DNA from: Octopus vulgaris
Lineage: Eukaryota
Assembly (NCBI GenBank): GCA_951406725.2
Contig: OX597822.1
Coordinates: 99,696,001-99,760,000 of the forward strand
DNA: 64,000 nt
Reading direction: 5' to 3'
Of the stretch, positions 11,071-24,752 are shown piece by piece (within the stretch, counting starts at the first letter, position 1; the number at the start of each line of letters is the position of its first letter). Below the pieces are notes generated by a model that saw nothing but the letters and a program-made list of their open reading frames with translations, had not been told where the DNA came from and ran no database searches. The translations under genes and the position numbers were made by a program.

Positions 11071-11635
11071 TAGATAGATATAGATATATTTAAGAACGAA
11101 TATTTTTACAGAGGATAAGTCTAAATACAGCGTGGGTGCATTCTGTGATAATGTTCTCCATAGGAATGCTGTGGATCATGAGAATCCCATTTTCACTTTA
11201 AAAGTTATTCATGAATATCTGCATGTGAAAACAAGCTTTTGTTATAATAGCATGCTTGTGTTGATTGTTTGTTGGAAATAATATTTTGTTTAAATTATAC
11301 AACTTTCTCAACTCTGATAAGGTTTTTCTCCTACCAGGAAGACTCCTACACCTTCGCTGCCATTCAAGGAGAATGGATATTGGAACAATAGTTCCAGTAT
11401 GTACACTGGTGGGTGTTGTAAGACAAGGAAAGGGATATGGGGAAGGTTAATGTGTGTGTGAGAGAGAGAGATGTTCTTTTTCTCTTCTTGCTTTTCCGAG
11501 TTATTGGGTATGTATATGCTACATTAGTTTAGACCCAGTTCAGCCTTCATCAATAATCAGACAGACTGGTGATCAAAGCCATTTTAGCATTTTAGGGATA
11601 TGCTAAGCTACATAATCTAATGTGTCCTATACTCC

Positions 11636-11843
11636 TATACTTGTTTCAGTCATCTGACTGTGGCCATGCTGGAGCACCACCTTTAGTCGAGCAAATCGAC
11701 CCCAGGATTTATTCTTTGTAAGCCTAGTACTTATTCTATCGGTCTCTTTTGCTGAACTGCTAAGTTACAGGGACGTAAACACACCAGCATCGGTTGTCAA
11801 GTGATGTTGGGAGGGACAAACACAGACACACAAACATATACAT

Positions 11844-11882
<39 letters not shown>

Positions 11883-12045
11883 TGATGGGCTTCTTTCAGT
11901 TTCCGTCTACCAAATCCACTTACAAGGCTTTGGACGGCCCGAGGCTATAGTAGAAGACACTTGCCGAAGGTGCCATGCAGTGGGACTGAACCCGGAACCA
12001 TGTGGTTGGTAAGCAAGCAACTTACCACACAGCCACTCCTACGCC
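11636..12045 (-). mobile_element. tRNA-derived SINE family A
   Basis: Full-length match. Confidence 0.9.
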
Positions 12046-12422
12046 TATTTTAATTATGATGGTGAAATATGGTTTAAGGTTGCTATTTCTAGCAGGTCAA
12101 GTGACCACACAAATAAACCTTGCATAAGAACATGTATACTAACAAAATTATAGTTATTTGTACTTTATTTTATTGATGGAAGCCAAAAAACAGCCACAAA
12201 GCATTTCATCTGATATTCTGACAATTCTGCCAGCTCACAGCCTCCATGTTGGTTTGTTTACATCTCTGTAACTTAATGGTTAGGCCAGGGAGTGATTATT
12301 CAACTAAACTTTCAAGCTGGTGCCCCAGCATGGCTATAGTCCAATGATTGAAACAAATTTAAAAGATATACATACTTAAAAAAAAACCATTGAGTTATTA
12401 TATAAATCAATATACACAGATA

Positions 12423-12587
12423 GGCGTAGGAGTGGCTGTGTGGTAAGTAGCTTGCTTACGAACCACATAGTTCCGGATTCAGTCCCACTGCGTGGCACCT
12501 TGGGCAAGTGTCTTCTACTATAGCCTCAGGCTGACCAAAGCCTTGTGAGTGGATTTGGTAGACGGAAATTGAAAGAAGCCCGTCGTA

Positions 12588-12650
<63 letters not shown>

Positions 12651-12870
12651 GTATGTGCATGTTTGTGTGTCTGTGTTTGTTCCCCCCAACATCGCTTGAC
12701 AACCGATGCAGGTGTGCTTATGTCCCTGTAACTTAGCGGTTCAGCAAAAAAGAGACTGATAAAATAAGTACTAGGCTTACAAAGAATAAATCCTGGGGTC
12801 GATTTGATCAACTAAAGGCAGTGCTCCAGCATGGCTGCAGTCAAATGACTGAAACAAGTAAAAAAAGTAA
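12423..12870 (+). mobile_element. tRNA-derived SINE family A
   Basis: Full-length match, head-to-head with 11636-12045. Confidence 0.9.
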
Positions 12871-13634
12871 AGTAAGTAAGATCAATAAAATATGTATTAA
12901 ACTGAGATAAGTGCTGAGGTTCAATATGACTAATGTTTGAAGATGAAGCTCCAGCATGGCTGCAGTACAAAGAGTGAAGCCAGAAAAAGAATTCAAAGAA
13001 TAAAGAATTGGTATATTGCTTAAGGGGAAACACTCTAGAATAAAGGTGAGCAAGCTCAAAGCAAGCCAACTCTGCAACAGGTGTTTGATTTTTGGTGACA
13101 ATGTTTCTCACTTCCTTTTGTCCTTGCTTCTACTGCATTCAAGGTTTTCATGCAAGAACAAGGGAAACGTATTCACTTCAGTGACTTTTATCCTTTATTT
13201 CACTTTGAGTTGTTTCAGTCACTGGATTGCAATCATACTGGAACACTGCCCTCAAGCTTTGGCTTTTAGCCAACCGTGTCGACCCGAGCACTTATACTTC
13301 TACTGATCTACATTTGTTGAATCACTGAGATATGCTTTGTGAGACTTCCTTTGTTTTATACCTTTAAACACACACACACAGAGTTGTGGAGATGTTGAAA
13401 ATATCTGGCAAAGTCAATCATTTATTAGTCCCCTATACAGTTTACTCAGGTAGTACAAAAAAGTGTCTTTTCTAAAGACTGACACAGTATTGTCTTCATC
13501 ATAAAGGAGATGATCTCTGAAGGAGCAATAAACCTAGAGGCCAAGTTATGAAACTAATGGAATTAGTAATAGTATAAATAATTCAGAAGACAGTTATTTA
13601 ATTTGAGATGCAATTTCCCCACCCATCCACCCAC

Positions 13635-14720
13635 CAGGTTCTGGCCTTGTTGTGGAATGGGGGCTTGTGTGCCTCAATAACCCTGAGAGCTATGCCAGCA
13701 GAACACTAGTTTCTGGAAGGGCCTCCCATGCTAGGCAGATCAAAGGACAGAGGCCAGACTAATATGGATCACCTCATACTAGAGGGGAAAATGGGTTTGT
13801 GGTGGGACAACGACCCCACCTAAAAAAACAAGGTAAAGTTACAAAAGTATCAATGATAATTCAAAACCAACAAGACCCAGGAGAAGAAGGTCTTTCCTCA
13901 GGGAAACATATGAGCATCCTGCATTACAAATCAAGCCTGACTTGGAATCCACAAGGGAGGCAAGAAAGAAGATGCCTTAAAAAATAACTGGTGGTGGGAT
14001 ATTGAAGCAGAGCTGGAAAAGTAAGGACCCAACTGTAAAGAAGCAGAAAACACAGATTAATGGAAGAAAAAATAAGATGCAGTTTAGATTTGAGCCAGGA
14101 TGGAATACCACTTGATACCGTCTTCCTAGTGAGATGAGTACAGATGCTTTTAACGGGATGCTGCACTCTGTAGCTTAGTGGTTGCAAGGAATACTAAATT
14201 TAGATGAATGGCTTTGTGAGAGAGCCATAAAAGCCATGTACAGAGATATTGTCAGCAATAAAAGCCATGTTCAGAGTTAGCAGGAGTTTCATGCAAGTAA
14301 GTGTCCATCAAGGTTAAGTTTTCAACCTTTTTCTGCTTATTAGAGTTCTCCAGGACATTGTAGAGAAGTTAAACCTTTTGTTACTATATTTCTGTTGAAA
14401 TACACTGCCTTTGTTTTAATTAGTTTTGAAAATAATGAACAATTTAGTCAAATAACTGACATTACTTAGCTACTGTTTGAAACAAATTAACATGAAACTT
14501 TGATAGAAGGTGTATCAAAAGGGTTGAGAGTGGATGTCCATGGTAATTCTATATGCTGTTGTGTTAGTTCACAGCTAAATCTGTTGAAGAATTTGAAAAT
14601 AAATATCAAATATAGAAGCAAAGCCTAGAATCAGAAGATTTTTAAAGTAAATCTTAGTAAAAACAAACATTTTGATAAGCAATAAAGAAGACAGGGCTCA
14701 ACTATTTTCTGGGAAAGGGT
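13635..14720 (+). mobile_element. Decayed RTE-clade LINE fragments (5' UTR-like region and RT domain)
   Basis: 14200-14560 reads, with frameshifts, DEWL..RAIKAMYRD...VSVHQG.V...LLIRVLQDIVEK / GCPW.FYA (RT motifs QG and YADD). 13635-13770 resembles RTE 5' UTRs. Confidence 0.6.
14369..14527. mobile_element. piggyBac-type MITE, family 3, inserted in a LINE RT remnant
   Basis: TTAA-ACCTTTTGTTAC...ATCAAAAGGG-TTGA. Related fragments at ~44660-44895, 45130-46135, 46665-46840, 48050-48200 and 60095-60320. Confidence 0.6.
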
Positions 14721-16009
14721 CATGGGAATAATATTACATTTTTATGGTCCTCTTAAGAATTTCAGTTATTTCAAATATTTTACTTCAGTAACTATGAAAA
14801 AGACCCCAACTGATAGCAGCATAGGCTGTGCAACATAACAACACCAAATTTCTTTTGTCAAGACTAGAATCTGTCCTTCTATACACAGCATCAAACACAT
14901 TTATATTCTGATTGTTTGCATGATTGATTAGCCACTACTAAAATTTCTAAGACTGACAATATCTTTAAAGTGATCTTCACCTGTTCAAAATTCTTCTACA
15001 TTGTTCCTCACAGTTCCTTTCTTGCACAAACAGAAAGTTATAAATATTTAATGTAGTTCAGAGTTGTTGTATTATTAATAGAGGAGTAAGCATAGATGGG
15101 AAAAATTACAGATACATATCAATATAAATAACCAATTTATATGAAAGCGACAGGTACAGATGGAACATAAAGTATGAGAGGAACATCTACATATAGAGAT
15201 AAATTCTTCAATGTATTGTTGTCAAACAAGGTAGAACTACCATCAGGCAAGATGAATAAATATATTTACCTTTATGTAACAGAAAGAGACTACATGGCTA
15301 ATAAGTACATAGTACTTTCCAAATATTTCTATTTATATTATTTCATGGAGAATGAAAATCTACCCTGAATATCTTCTTGGTTTTAGTTTTAAATTGTATT
15401 TGGCGTAGATTTTTTTTCATACCCGGTATACTTATTTTGTCTTTGTAATGGAATCTGTGGACAGTAGAGCCATTAGTTACAGGTTTGCAATGGGAAAATC
15501 ATTAGATTATTTCATTTTTCATTTCTGACAGAAAGAGTGACAAAAGATTAACTTGATGTGGAATAATATCTGAAGGGACTTAGTTTGGTTTTTCTCCCCA
15601 ATGATTATATACTTTGCAAATATGCATGAGCAAAAGATATACACATCTATACATACACACATAGGATAACTATGGACGGCTACTCCAAAACCTCCAGCTT
15701 TTTTATACAGATTATTATTTCACATTTATACCAATAACAATTGGTGCACCTGGTTTTGCGAGTAAATGGATAAGTGACAATTTGGATATGCTAAGGTTTT
15801 CAGAAAAAGAAATCAACTAGCTGACTCACACATTACAAATACAGCCTGCAGGTGTAACAGTCAAAATATGCAAGACATTTCTAAAATTTAAAATGTGAAC
15901 TTGTTTTTTTTGTGTTTTTTTTATTTTATATATCTATCTTTGTTAGCAACCAGTTACTTCCTCAGAGGAAGAATTCAAATAATTAAAAGCAGATGAAAAC
16001 CTCACCTGT

Positions 16010-16212
16010 GTCAGTGCCACATGACGAGCACTCATGATGGTGTTACAAAGAAAAGCACTTGTTCAGGGCCACATAAAAGCACCTGTGCTGGGGTCACATA
16101 TAAAGCACCTGTGTTGGGGCCACATGAAAAGTACTTGTGTCAGTTCTATGTATAAAGCACTCATGCCATGTATAAGGTACCTGTGCCAGAGTCATGTATG
16201 AATTCACACCCG
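16010..16212. repeat. Decayed ~23-25-bp tandem repeat
   Basis: About 8 units resembling AAAAGCACCTGTGCTGGGGCCACAT, related to the internal repeat of the RTE-tail family. Confidence 0.6.
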
Positions 16213-16427
16213 TGATTTCTTTTGTTCAAACATCCAGATTTGCAAATTGCATAGGCCATGTGCTCAGAACCTGGAAATTGCTTGGAGACACAAGGTGTGT
16301 CATAAAAACTTGCCTACATTATATATCTAATGCAGGAAACTATTAGCAGCTCAAAATTATATTTTTGAGTACATTATATGTATATATATATATATATATA
16401 TAAATATGCATATATCATCATCACTGT

Positions 16428-16657
16428 TTAACCCTTTCGTTACTGTATTTATTTTGAGATGCTCTGTGTTTCTTTCAATTAATTTTAAATATAACAAAGA
16501 ATTTAGTGAAATAACTTAGTTATCATTAAGCTAGTGTTAGGAACATAAATTGTGACTAAGGTTTGGTGGAAGATTTTAATTCAAAACTTATGAAAACAAG
16601 ACATTTGTATTAAAGAATCAGAGCCGGTCTCAGCCGGGTTGGTAACGAAAGGGTTAA
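16428..16657. mobile_element. piggyBac-type MITE, family 1
   Basis: TTAA-CCCTTTCGTTAC...GTAACGAAAGGG-TTAA. Near-identical copies at 44893-45127 and 46436-46663. Confidence 0.85.
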
Positions 16658-16710
16658 GTCCACCTTCTATGCTGGCATGGTGTACAGACACACATTTATA
16701 CATGCATGCA

Positions 16711-16747
<37 letters not shown>

Positions 16748-17107
16748 GCAGAGATATGACCATGTGGTGGCTAAAGTGTTCGTTTCACAACCACATGGTT
16801 TGTGCAGTGGGCTTCTAAACTGTACAGAGTGACTGCACCAATTTTAATGTGATATTCTTGATAGTTTATTTATGGTATGGTTGAAGAGTTTAACAGCTCT
16901 TATCTCATTACTTGTACTACACAATACAATACAGAATGACTACAAAAAAATTAGCACATTCTCATTCAGTAGACTTGGGTGTAAATCAATACTATTCGTA
17001 GATATAACTTGATGTATGAAAACAGAGCATGTCTTGTTGGGTTACAGAAGTGATTTTTCATATTTCATAATGAAACTTGTTTAATCTATTGACCCCTTAA
17101 TGTCTTT

Positions 17108-17722
17108 TGTCTTTTACTTGTTTCAGCCATTGGATGGAAGCCATGCTGGGGCACTGCCATGAAGGGTTTAATAGAACAAATTGACCCCAGTACTCACTTT
17201 TAAGTTTGGTACTTATTCAATCATTTTTATTTTGTAGAACTTCTAACTTATGGGGACGTAAACAAACCAACACTAGTTGTCAAGTACTGAGGGAACAAAG
17301 AAACAAACACACACACAAACACACACACAAACACACACATACACACACACTTACTTATTTCAGTCATTGGACTGTGGCCATTCTGGGGCGCCTCCTTGAA
17401 GAGCTTTAGCTTAAATGAATCAACTCCAGGATTTAATATTTTTTAAAGCCTGGTACTTATTCTCTAGATCTCTCATGTCGAACTGCTAAGTTACATGGAC
17501 ATAAACAAACTAACACCAGTTGTCAAGTAGTGGGAAGGATAAACACAAACATACACACACAAACGATGGGTTTCTTTCAGTTTCTCTCTACCAAATCCAC
17601 TCACAATGTTTTGGTCAACCCAGGGCTATAGTAGAAGACACCTGCCCAAAGTACCATGCAGAAGCAGTGGAACTGAACCTGGAACCATGTGGTTGGGAAG
17701 CAACCTTCTTACCACATGGCCA
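17108..17722 (-). mobile_element. Two old family-A SINE pieces in tandem
   Basis: 3' half at 17108-17345, then a fuller copy at 17350-17722. Confidence 0.7.
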
Positions 17723-17985
17723 TGATGACAAGTCACATAATCCATTGGCACCAAAGGTTATAGTGTCTCTTAGAAAGTCAGCTAAGTAAAACCAGAGAAG
17801 ATTTAAACTTAACACCACTACAAACTAATTTAAAAATGGAGATTTTGTTTAGCTCTGGGTCAAACTCAGTTGAACAAACCTATGTTGAAAAGCATTCCAA
17901 CCATGTCCACCCTGTCTGTGTTTGGTAGTGTAGAGAAATAAATGATATCTCGGACTACATTATTGAATGAATGTCCTTCCTTAAT

Positions 17986-18219
17986 TTAACCTTTTGGCAT
18001 TTAAACTGGCCATATTTGGCCCAACAATTTTACCTGTTTTATTTTTGAAATTGGCCAGATCCAGCCTTTCACACCTACCCTACAATGTCATTCTTAAAAT
18101 AAACAGTTACATTTTCTAAATCTTGAGGCCACAAGATTAGATACTCCATGATTAATTTTAACAAATGTGGATGAATAAGCATTACATTTGATAAATTAAT
18201 CTGAATGCTAAAGTGTTAA
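17986..18219. mobile_element. piggyBac-type MITE, family 2 (inverted)
   Basis: TTAA flanks; reverse complement of the family-2 body. Confidence 0.7.
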
Positions 18220-18224
18220 GAAAG

Positions 18225-19149
18225 TACAGCAATGCCTCAATATATGAGTTAATTTGTTCCCAGAGACTGCTCATAAAGTGAAAACTCATAACACAGAGCA
18301 ATAATTTCTCATAGTAGCAATCTTATAAATCATAATTCGTTCTCAGAAAAAAATATTTTACCTATAAAATTTATAATGCTCATAAATGAATGGCAATAAA
18401 ACAAAAGTAGAATGTAAAGACTATTTTGTGTAAAGCAAAAAGAATGTCAAGATAATTTATAATAAAAAATATTATTATAATCGTTTTCTGAATCATTTTC
18501 ACTCGCACTAGATTCGTGCACACCATCACTTGTAGACACGATCACTGATTCACAAGAACTCATTGACAGATCTGTAGATTTCTTTTTAGAAAACAAGTCT
18601 AGAGTTGTTTGCTTAGGAAGAAGCCTTTTTTCACTCTCTGTAAATTTCTTGGTAACATGCAGAAGCATTTGTTCTGGTAGTAGAAACTTTTACACTTCAT
18701 TCAAAATTTAGATCTGGCACCTGTGTTGGTGGCACATAAAAAACACCATCCGAGCATCCGAGCGTGGCCGTTCGCCAGCCTCGTCTGGCACCTGTGTCGG
18801 TGGCACATAAAAAACACCATCCGAGCGTGGCCGTTCACCAGCCTCGTCTGGCACCTGTGTCGGTGGCACATAAAATCATCCACTACACTCTCAGAGTTGT
18901 TGGCGCTAGGAAGGGCATCAAGCTGTAGAAACACTGCCAGATCTGACTGGCCTGGTGCAGCCTTCAGGCTTCCCAGACCCCAGTTGAACCGTCCAACCCA
19001 TGCTAGCATGGAAAGCGGACGTTAAACAATGATGATGATGATGATGATGATGATGAAAAATTTCAGCGCACTATAAATAGGCTGAAAAATAAAACTCATA
19101 AACATGGGGTCTCGTAAAGCTGGTTCTCGTAAAGTGAGGTATTACTATA
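18225..19149. mobile_element. pogo/Tigger-like non-autonomous element with an RTE-tail insertion
   Basis: TA-CAGCAATGCCTCAA ... GTGAGGTATTACTA-TA termini. A minus-strand remnant reads KQTTLDLF, typical of Tigger C-termini. Confidence 0.6.
18712..19055 (+). mobile_element. RTE-type 3' end with internal ~60-bp tandem repeats
   Basis: CTGGCACCTGTGTyGGTGGCACATAAAA occurs three times, followed by the family tail. AAAATTT at both ends. Confidence 0.8.
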
Positions 19150-20017
19150 TAATAAGATTTTAGGGAGATTTGACTGCAGTTTCTAGCAGATCACGGGGCC
19201 ACATAGAGGTTCTCTCATTAGCTCAGATAATAAAACACTTGTCAGTTTTAGCAGCTGTAGCAAACACCAACAAAGTGTTCTTAGAGGAAACTAAAGTGAA
19301 AGACTTGAGAGTTATAGAGTTCGGCAATTAACACTGTAAAAATCCAATTAACAAGATAAAGAAAAAAACCAAAAAAAAAAAAACTACTGGATTCCTTGCT
19401 GGGTTAGCCATGCTCTCTATTCCATCCTATTTTACAGACAAATTAAAATGGAATATAATGTTGAATAAAATGAAATTTGTAGACAACTTAAACTAACAAG
19501 CCATTGTTCTCCAGCCATTGTATCTTTTTCTATCTCTCTAATAATTTCCTTGAAATAGATTTGAAATAACTTTGTTGGTTATTTCTGGTGATACACCCTC
19601 CAGTTATGAAACTACATCATAACTACTACTACTACTACCACCACCACCATTGCTGCAACCTATGCCACCAGCAGCAGTAGCATGGATTTATATAGTTTCA
19701 TAATAAATGTGAAATATATTTCAATGAAATAATAGGGTTTTTTTTTTTTTTTTTCGTTTTTTGTTTTTACTTAGATAATAGCTCATCAATAAAATTTTCA
19801 ATTTTAAATTTCATGTGTAAAAAAATAATTTGCTTATACTAACTAATTATTTGGATAAGTAATTTGAAATTTCAACTAAATTTTGTTTCAAAAAATATTT
19901 TTAATAACCTGCCCCCACTCCACCACATAAATCAAGATAAATAGGAAACAAACATGAAGAAACAATTCATTTGGAATACTCTAAGAAACATCCACCAGAC
20001 AATCTTGTAGTTTATAT

Positions 20018-20018
<1 letters not shown>

Positions 20019-20048
<30 letters not shown>

Positions 20049-20348
20049 CCATTTAACATCTATGTTGGCATGGGTTGGATAGTTTGACTGGGTTGGCACA
20101 CTGGAAGGCTGTGCCAGGCTCCAGTCTGATTTAGCATGGTTTTTGACAGCTGGATGCCCTTCATAATGCCAGCCACTCTGGGAGTGTAATATGTGCTTTT
20201 GTGTGCCACTGGCATGAGTGCCATTTGCATGACACCGGTTTCTGCCACGACTGCAATTTTGCTCGGTTTAATGAGCTTTCTTCTCAAGCGTGACATAATG
20301 CCAAAGGTCTTGGTCATTGCCTCCGTGAGGCCCAATGCTCGAAAGGAA
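20019..20348 (-). mobile_element. RTE LINE 3' end (ORF terminus, 3' UTR and (GAT)n)
   Basis: The minus strand reads FRALGLTEAMTK... directly upstream of the shared tail, linking this tail family to the LINE. Confidence 0.7.
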
Positions 20349-20455
20349 CTCATATATACATGTATATGTTCACGTATTTCACTCGTTTTTCCCTCATTCT
20401 GTTTATGCATTTCATGTTATTTGCACCGTTGGTGACATCCTGTACCCAGATATGC

Positions 20456-20501
<46 letters not shown>

Positions 20502-20522
20502 CTTTATTTAAGCATTTCACAC

Positions 20523-20572
20523 AGTCTCTGATGGAGGGATATCGATGATATCCCAGAAACAGCTGTAAGACT
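20523..20572 (+). ncRNA. Minimal type I hammerhead ribozyme-like motif in a ~150-bp (TA)n-flanked element
   Basis: AGTCT-CTGATGG-A-GGGATATC-GAT-GATATCCC-A-GAA-ACAGCTGT-A-AGACT: 5-bp stem I, 8-bp stem II, palindromic stem III and a GUA cleavage triplet. The core differs from CUGANGA at position 9. Confidence 0.75.
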
Positions 20573-20643
20573 ATATCTGTATCTTCTTCCTTATAAATGT
20601 CCTGAAAACTCCTCACAAGCCTTGGCTTTGTTATCTCATTTTG

Positions 20644-20691
<48 letters not shown>

Positions 20692-20989
20692 ACATACTCA
20701 TGCACACGCACCCCAGCTCATATGTATTATTGCTCTTCCTCTACATCTTATCTACCATCTATAACATTTACTCCTCAAGTCTATACAAAATTTTTACAGT
20801 TGTCACCCCACCACCAACATTTGACAACCAAAATATCAGCAAAAGAGACTGATATAATAACTACTGGGCTTTATTTGTTGTTTGTTATTGTTGTATTGCT
20901 CTAGGACAGCTCCCAGGTGACAGTCCTATGATATGCAAGCAGCTGTCTGAACGACAAGGCCTGATGCACTGGTCCTTCTGTCTAGTCAT

Positions 20990-21374
20990 TTTGGAAGCAC
21001 TCCGTCGATTACGACGACGAGGGTTCCGGTTGATCCGATCAACGGAACAGCCTGCTCGTGAAATTAACGTGTAAGTGGGTGAGCACTCCACAGACACGTG
21101 TACCCTTAACATAGTTCTCGGGGATATTCAGCGTGACACAGAGAGTGACAAGGCCGGCCCTTTGAAATACAGGTACAACAGAAACAGGAAGTAAGAGTGA
21201 GAGAAAGTTGTGGTGAAAGAGTACAGCAGGGATCACCACCACCCCCTGCTGGAGCCTCGTGGACCTTTAGGTGTTTTCGCTCAATAAACACTCACAACGC
21301 CCGGTCTGGGAATCGAAACAACGATCCTACGACCGCGAGTCCGCTGCCCTAACCACTAGGCCATTGCGCCTCCA
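20990..21374 (-). mobile_element. tRNA-headed SINE (family C-related, different 3' part)
   Basis: Head GGCGCAATGGCCTAGTGGTTAGGGC and TSD CTGTCTAGTCAT (20978-20989 and 21375-21386). The 3' part is shared with 58688-58995. Confidence 0.85.
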
Positions 21375-22179
21375 CTGTCTAGTCATACCATGTTACCACT
21401 CTGAAGACCACTTTGAGCAATCTAACATACAGTGGTCAATCCCACTAAGTGCAGGAAGGACAGTTTGGGTATAATGTATTCTCTCCACTGACCAGTCCCA
21501 AATATACCCACACATGCATCCCAACATATTCCAGTGATGGCTAATGTGAGGGTGGGCACGGTGAAGACGGCCAGAGCATAATATTTGCTTCTCTATATCA
21601 TAGAGGGCTATTAGTGAAATTGGATGACAACGGTTTTTTTAGTAGATGTAACATCAATGTCATCAAATCCAATAATATGTCACTAATTATCAGTCAGTGT
21701 AATGCAGCTATGTGGGTAGATATCAAATCCAGTTGTATATGAATGATTTTATAGTGGGTGTAAAGATAGAAAGAAAAAATATTTGCTTGGATACATATAT
21801 GAAAATGTAGCAGAGATTTAATGCTATAATCACTACAACAGACACATTTCAGTAGCATAATTATTTAAATGTACAAGTATACCAGGCTTGACATACATAC
21901 TTAGAAATTAATGGATAGTTTCATCTATAAACTATAATAGCATATACAAATGATACATACATACATACATATATTTATTTATTTATACATACATATACAC
22001 ATACACACACACACACACACAGATATAAATTTTGTATTTACAAGCACCCACGCCTACACATACATATATTTTATGCACACAACTCTATGTATATGTGTGT
22101 GTGTACATACATGTATATATACATGCCTGTATATATATGTATGTATATATATATATTCTTATGTATATATATATCCTTA

Positions 22180-22210
<31 letters not shown>

Positions 22211-22221
22211 CCTTATGTGAA

Positions 22222-22555
22222 GGCGCATGGCTCAGTGGTTAGAGTGTTGAGCTTATGATTGTTAGGTTGTAAGCTTGAATTCCGGACCAGGCTGCATGTT
22301 GTGTTCTTGAGCAAGACACTTTACTTCACGTTGCTCCAGTTCACTCAGGTGTAGAACTGAGTTGCGATGTGCCAAGTACCAAGCTGTATCGGCCCCTTTG
22401 CCTTTCCCTTGGATAACACTGGTGGTGTGGAGAGGGGAGGCCGTTATGCATGGGTGACTGCTGGTCTACCATAAACAACCTTGCCCGGACTTGTGCCTGG
22501 GAGGGAAACTTTCTAAGTGCAATTCCATGGTCAGTCATGACCAAAGAGGGTCTCA
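22222..22555 (+). mobile_element. SINE family C
   Basis: GGCGCATGGCTCAGTGGTTAGAG head, CTTGAGCAAGACACTT, and ATATCCTTAT direct repeats at both ends. Confidence 0.8.
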
Positions 22556-22954
22556 GATATCCTTATATATATGAGAAACTTTGCCAGAACTGATTGGAGC
22601 CTGCTGTAATCTTCTGGCTTGCCAGCCCTCGGTCAAACTGTCCAACCCATGCCAGCATGGAAAGCAGACATTAAACGGCGATGATGGTGATGATGAAATA
22701 CACTTAAACACACACATATAATTTCTACTATAGATACAAGGCCTGAAATTTTGTGGGGAAGAGGTTAGTTGACTACATTAACCTCAATGTACAACTGGTA
22801 CTATTTTGCCAATCCAGAAGGCAAAGTCAACCTTTGCAGAACTTGAACCCAGAATGTAAAACCAGAAGAAATGCCACCAAGCATTTTGACCAGCATGCTA
22901 ATGATTCTGCCAGCTCACTGCCTTCTCTATATGCATATATACTTATATATCCAT

Positions 22955-23312
22955 TATCTTTTGCTTGTTTCACTCTTTGAACTGGTACCATGTTGTGACA
23001 CCACCTTGAAGACTGTAGTCAAACAAATCAATTCCATTACTAATTTTCTTTTAAAGCCTGGTACTTTTTCCATCAGTTCTGTTTTGCCAACTGCTAAGTT
23101 ACAAGGATGTAAACAAACCAACACCAGCTGTCGTATAGTGCTGGGGAACAAGCACAAAGAGGCACACACATAGATATATATACATACCTACAACAAGCTT
23201 CTTTCAGGTTCCATCTACCAAATGAACTCACAAGGCTTTAGTCAAACCAGGGCTATAGTAGAAGCATTTGCCCAAGGTACCATGCAGTGAGACTGAACCA
23301 GGAACCATGTGA
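22955..23312 (-). mobile_element. tRNA-derived SINE family A (old)
   Basis: Diverged match. Confidence 0.7.
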
Positions 23313-23545
23313 TGCGTATATATATATATATATATATATATACATACATATACGTGGCATGTAAAAAGCACCATTTGAGCGTGGTCAGTGCCTGTGCTGC
23401 CTGACTGGTCCCTATGCTGGTGATATATAAAAAGCACCCACTACACACTTGGAGTGGCTGGCATTAGGAAAGGCGTCCTGCTGTAGAAACCTTGCCAGAG
23501 CCTGGTGCAGCCTCCTGGCTTGCCAGTCCTCAGTCAAACCGTCTG

Positions 23546-23966
<421 letters not shown>

Positions 23967-24321
23967 AAGTGCAAATATGACTTTATGGTTATAAGAAGTT
24001 TGCTTCCAACCAAAGTTCAGTCTTGAACTATAGCCCAGCATAGACAAAAGTCTTGCAAGTGGATTTCGTATGTGGAAACTGAAAGAAGCCTGTCATATAC
24101 ATCATTATCCCTATCATTGTCATCATTGCAACAACTACTTTTCTATGCTTGCACAGGAAAGACAGAATTTGTTGTGACAGATTTTTCCCTGGTTAGATGA
24201 CCTTCCTGTTATCAACACCTCACATGTATCCAAGCAAGATACTATTTTCCATCCATAGTTGGACATGTTTTCACAGGGGAGTGGAAATAAAAAGTATATA
24301 TACACATATATATATGTATAC

Positions 24322-24752
24322 TCTTACTCTCTCTTTAGTCTTTTTACCTGTTTCAGTCATTTGACTGTGGCCATGCTGGAGTGCCGCCTTTAGTCGAGCA
24401 AATCGACCCCAGGACTTATTCTTTGTAAGCCTAGTGCTTATTCTATCGGTCTCTTTTGCCGAACTGCTAAGTTATGGGGGACGTAAACACACCAGCATTG
24501 GTTGTCAAGTGATGTTGGGGAGGACAAACACAGACACACAAACCACAAACATATACACACACATACATATGTATATATTCATATATACGACGGGCTTCTT
24601 TCAGTTTCCGTCTTCCAAATCCGCTCACAAGGCTTTGGTCGGCCTCAGGCTATATAGTAGAAGACACTTGCCCAAGGTGCCACGCAGTGGGACTGAACTC
24701 AAAACCATGTGGTTCGTAAGCAAGCTACTTACCACACAGCCACTCCTACACC
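24322..24752 (-). mobile_element. tRNA-derived SINE family A
   Basis: Full-length match. Confidence 0.9.

Noticed and set aside
11112-11195. Minus-strand peptide WDSHDPQHSYGEHYHRMHPRC resembling a BIR-domain end
   Set aside because: Upstream CxxC and GF motifs are absent and stops flank it.
18447-18668. 73-aa ORF
   Set aside because: C-terminal remnant inside a pogo/Tigger-like element.
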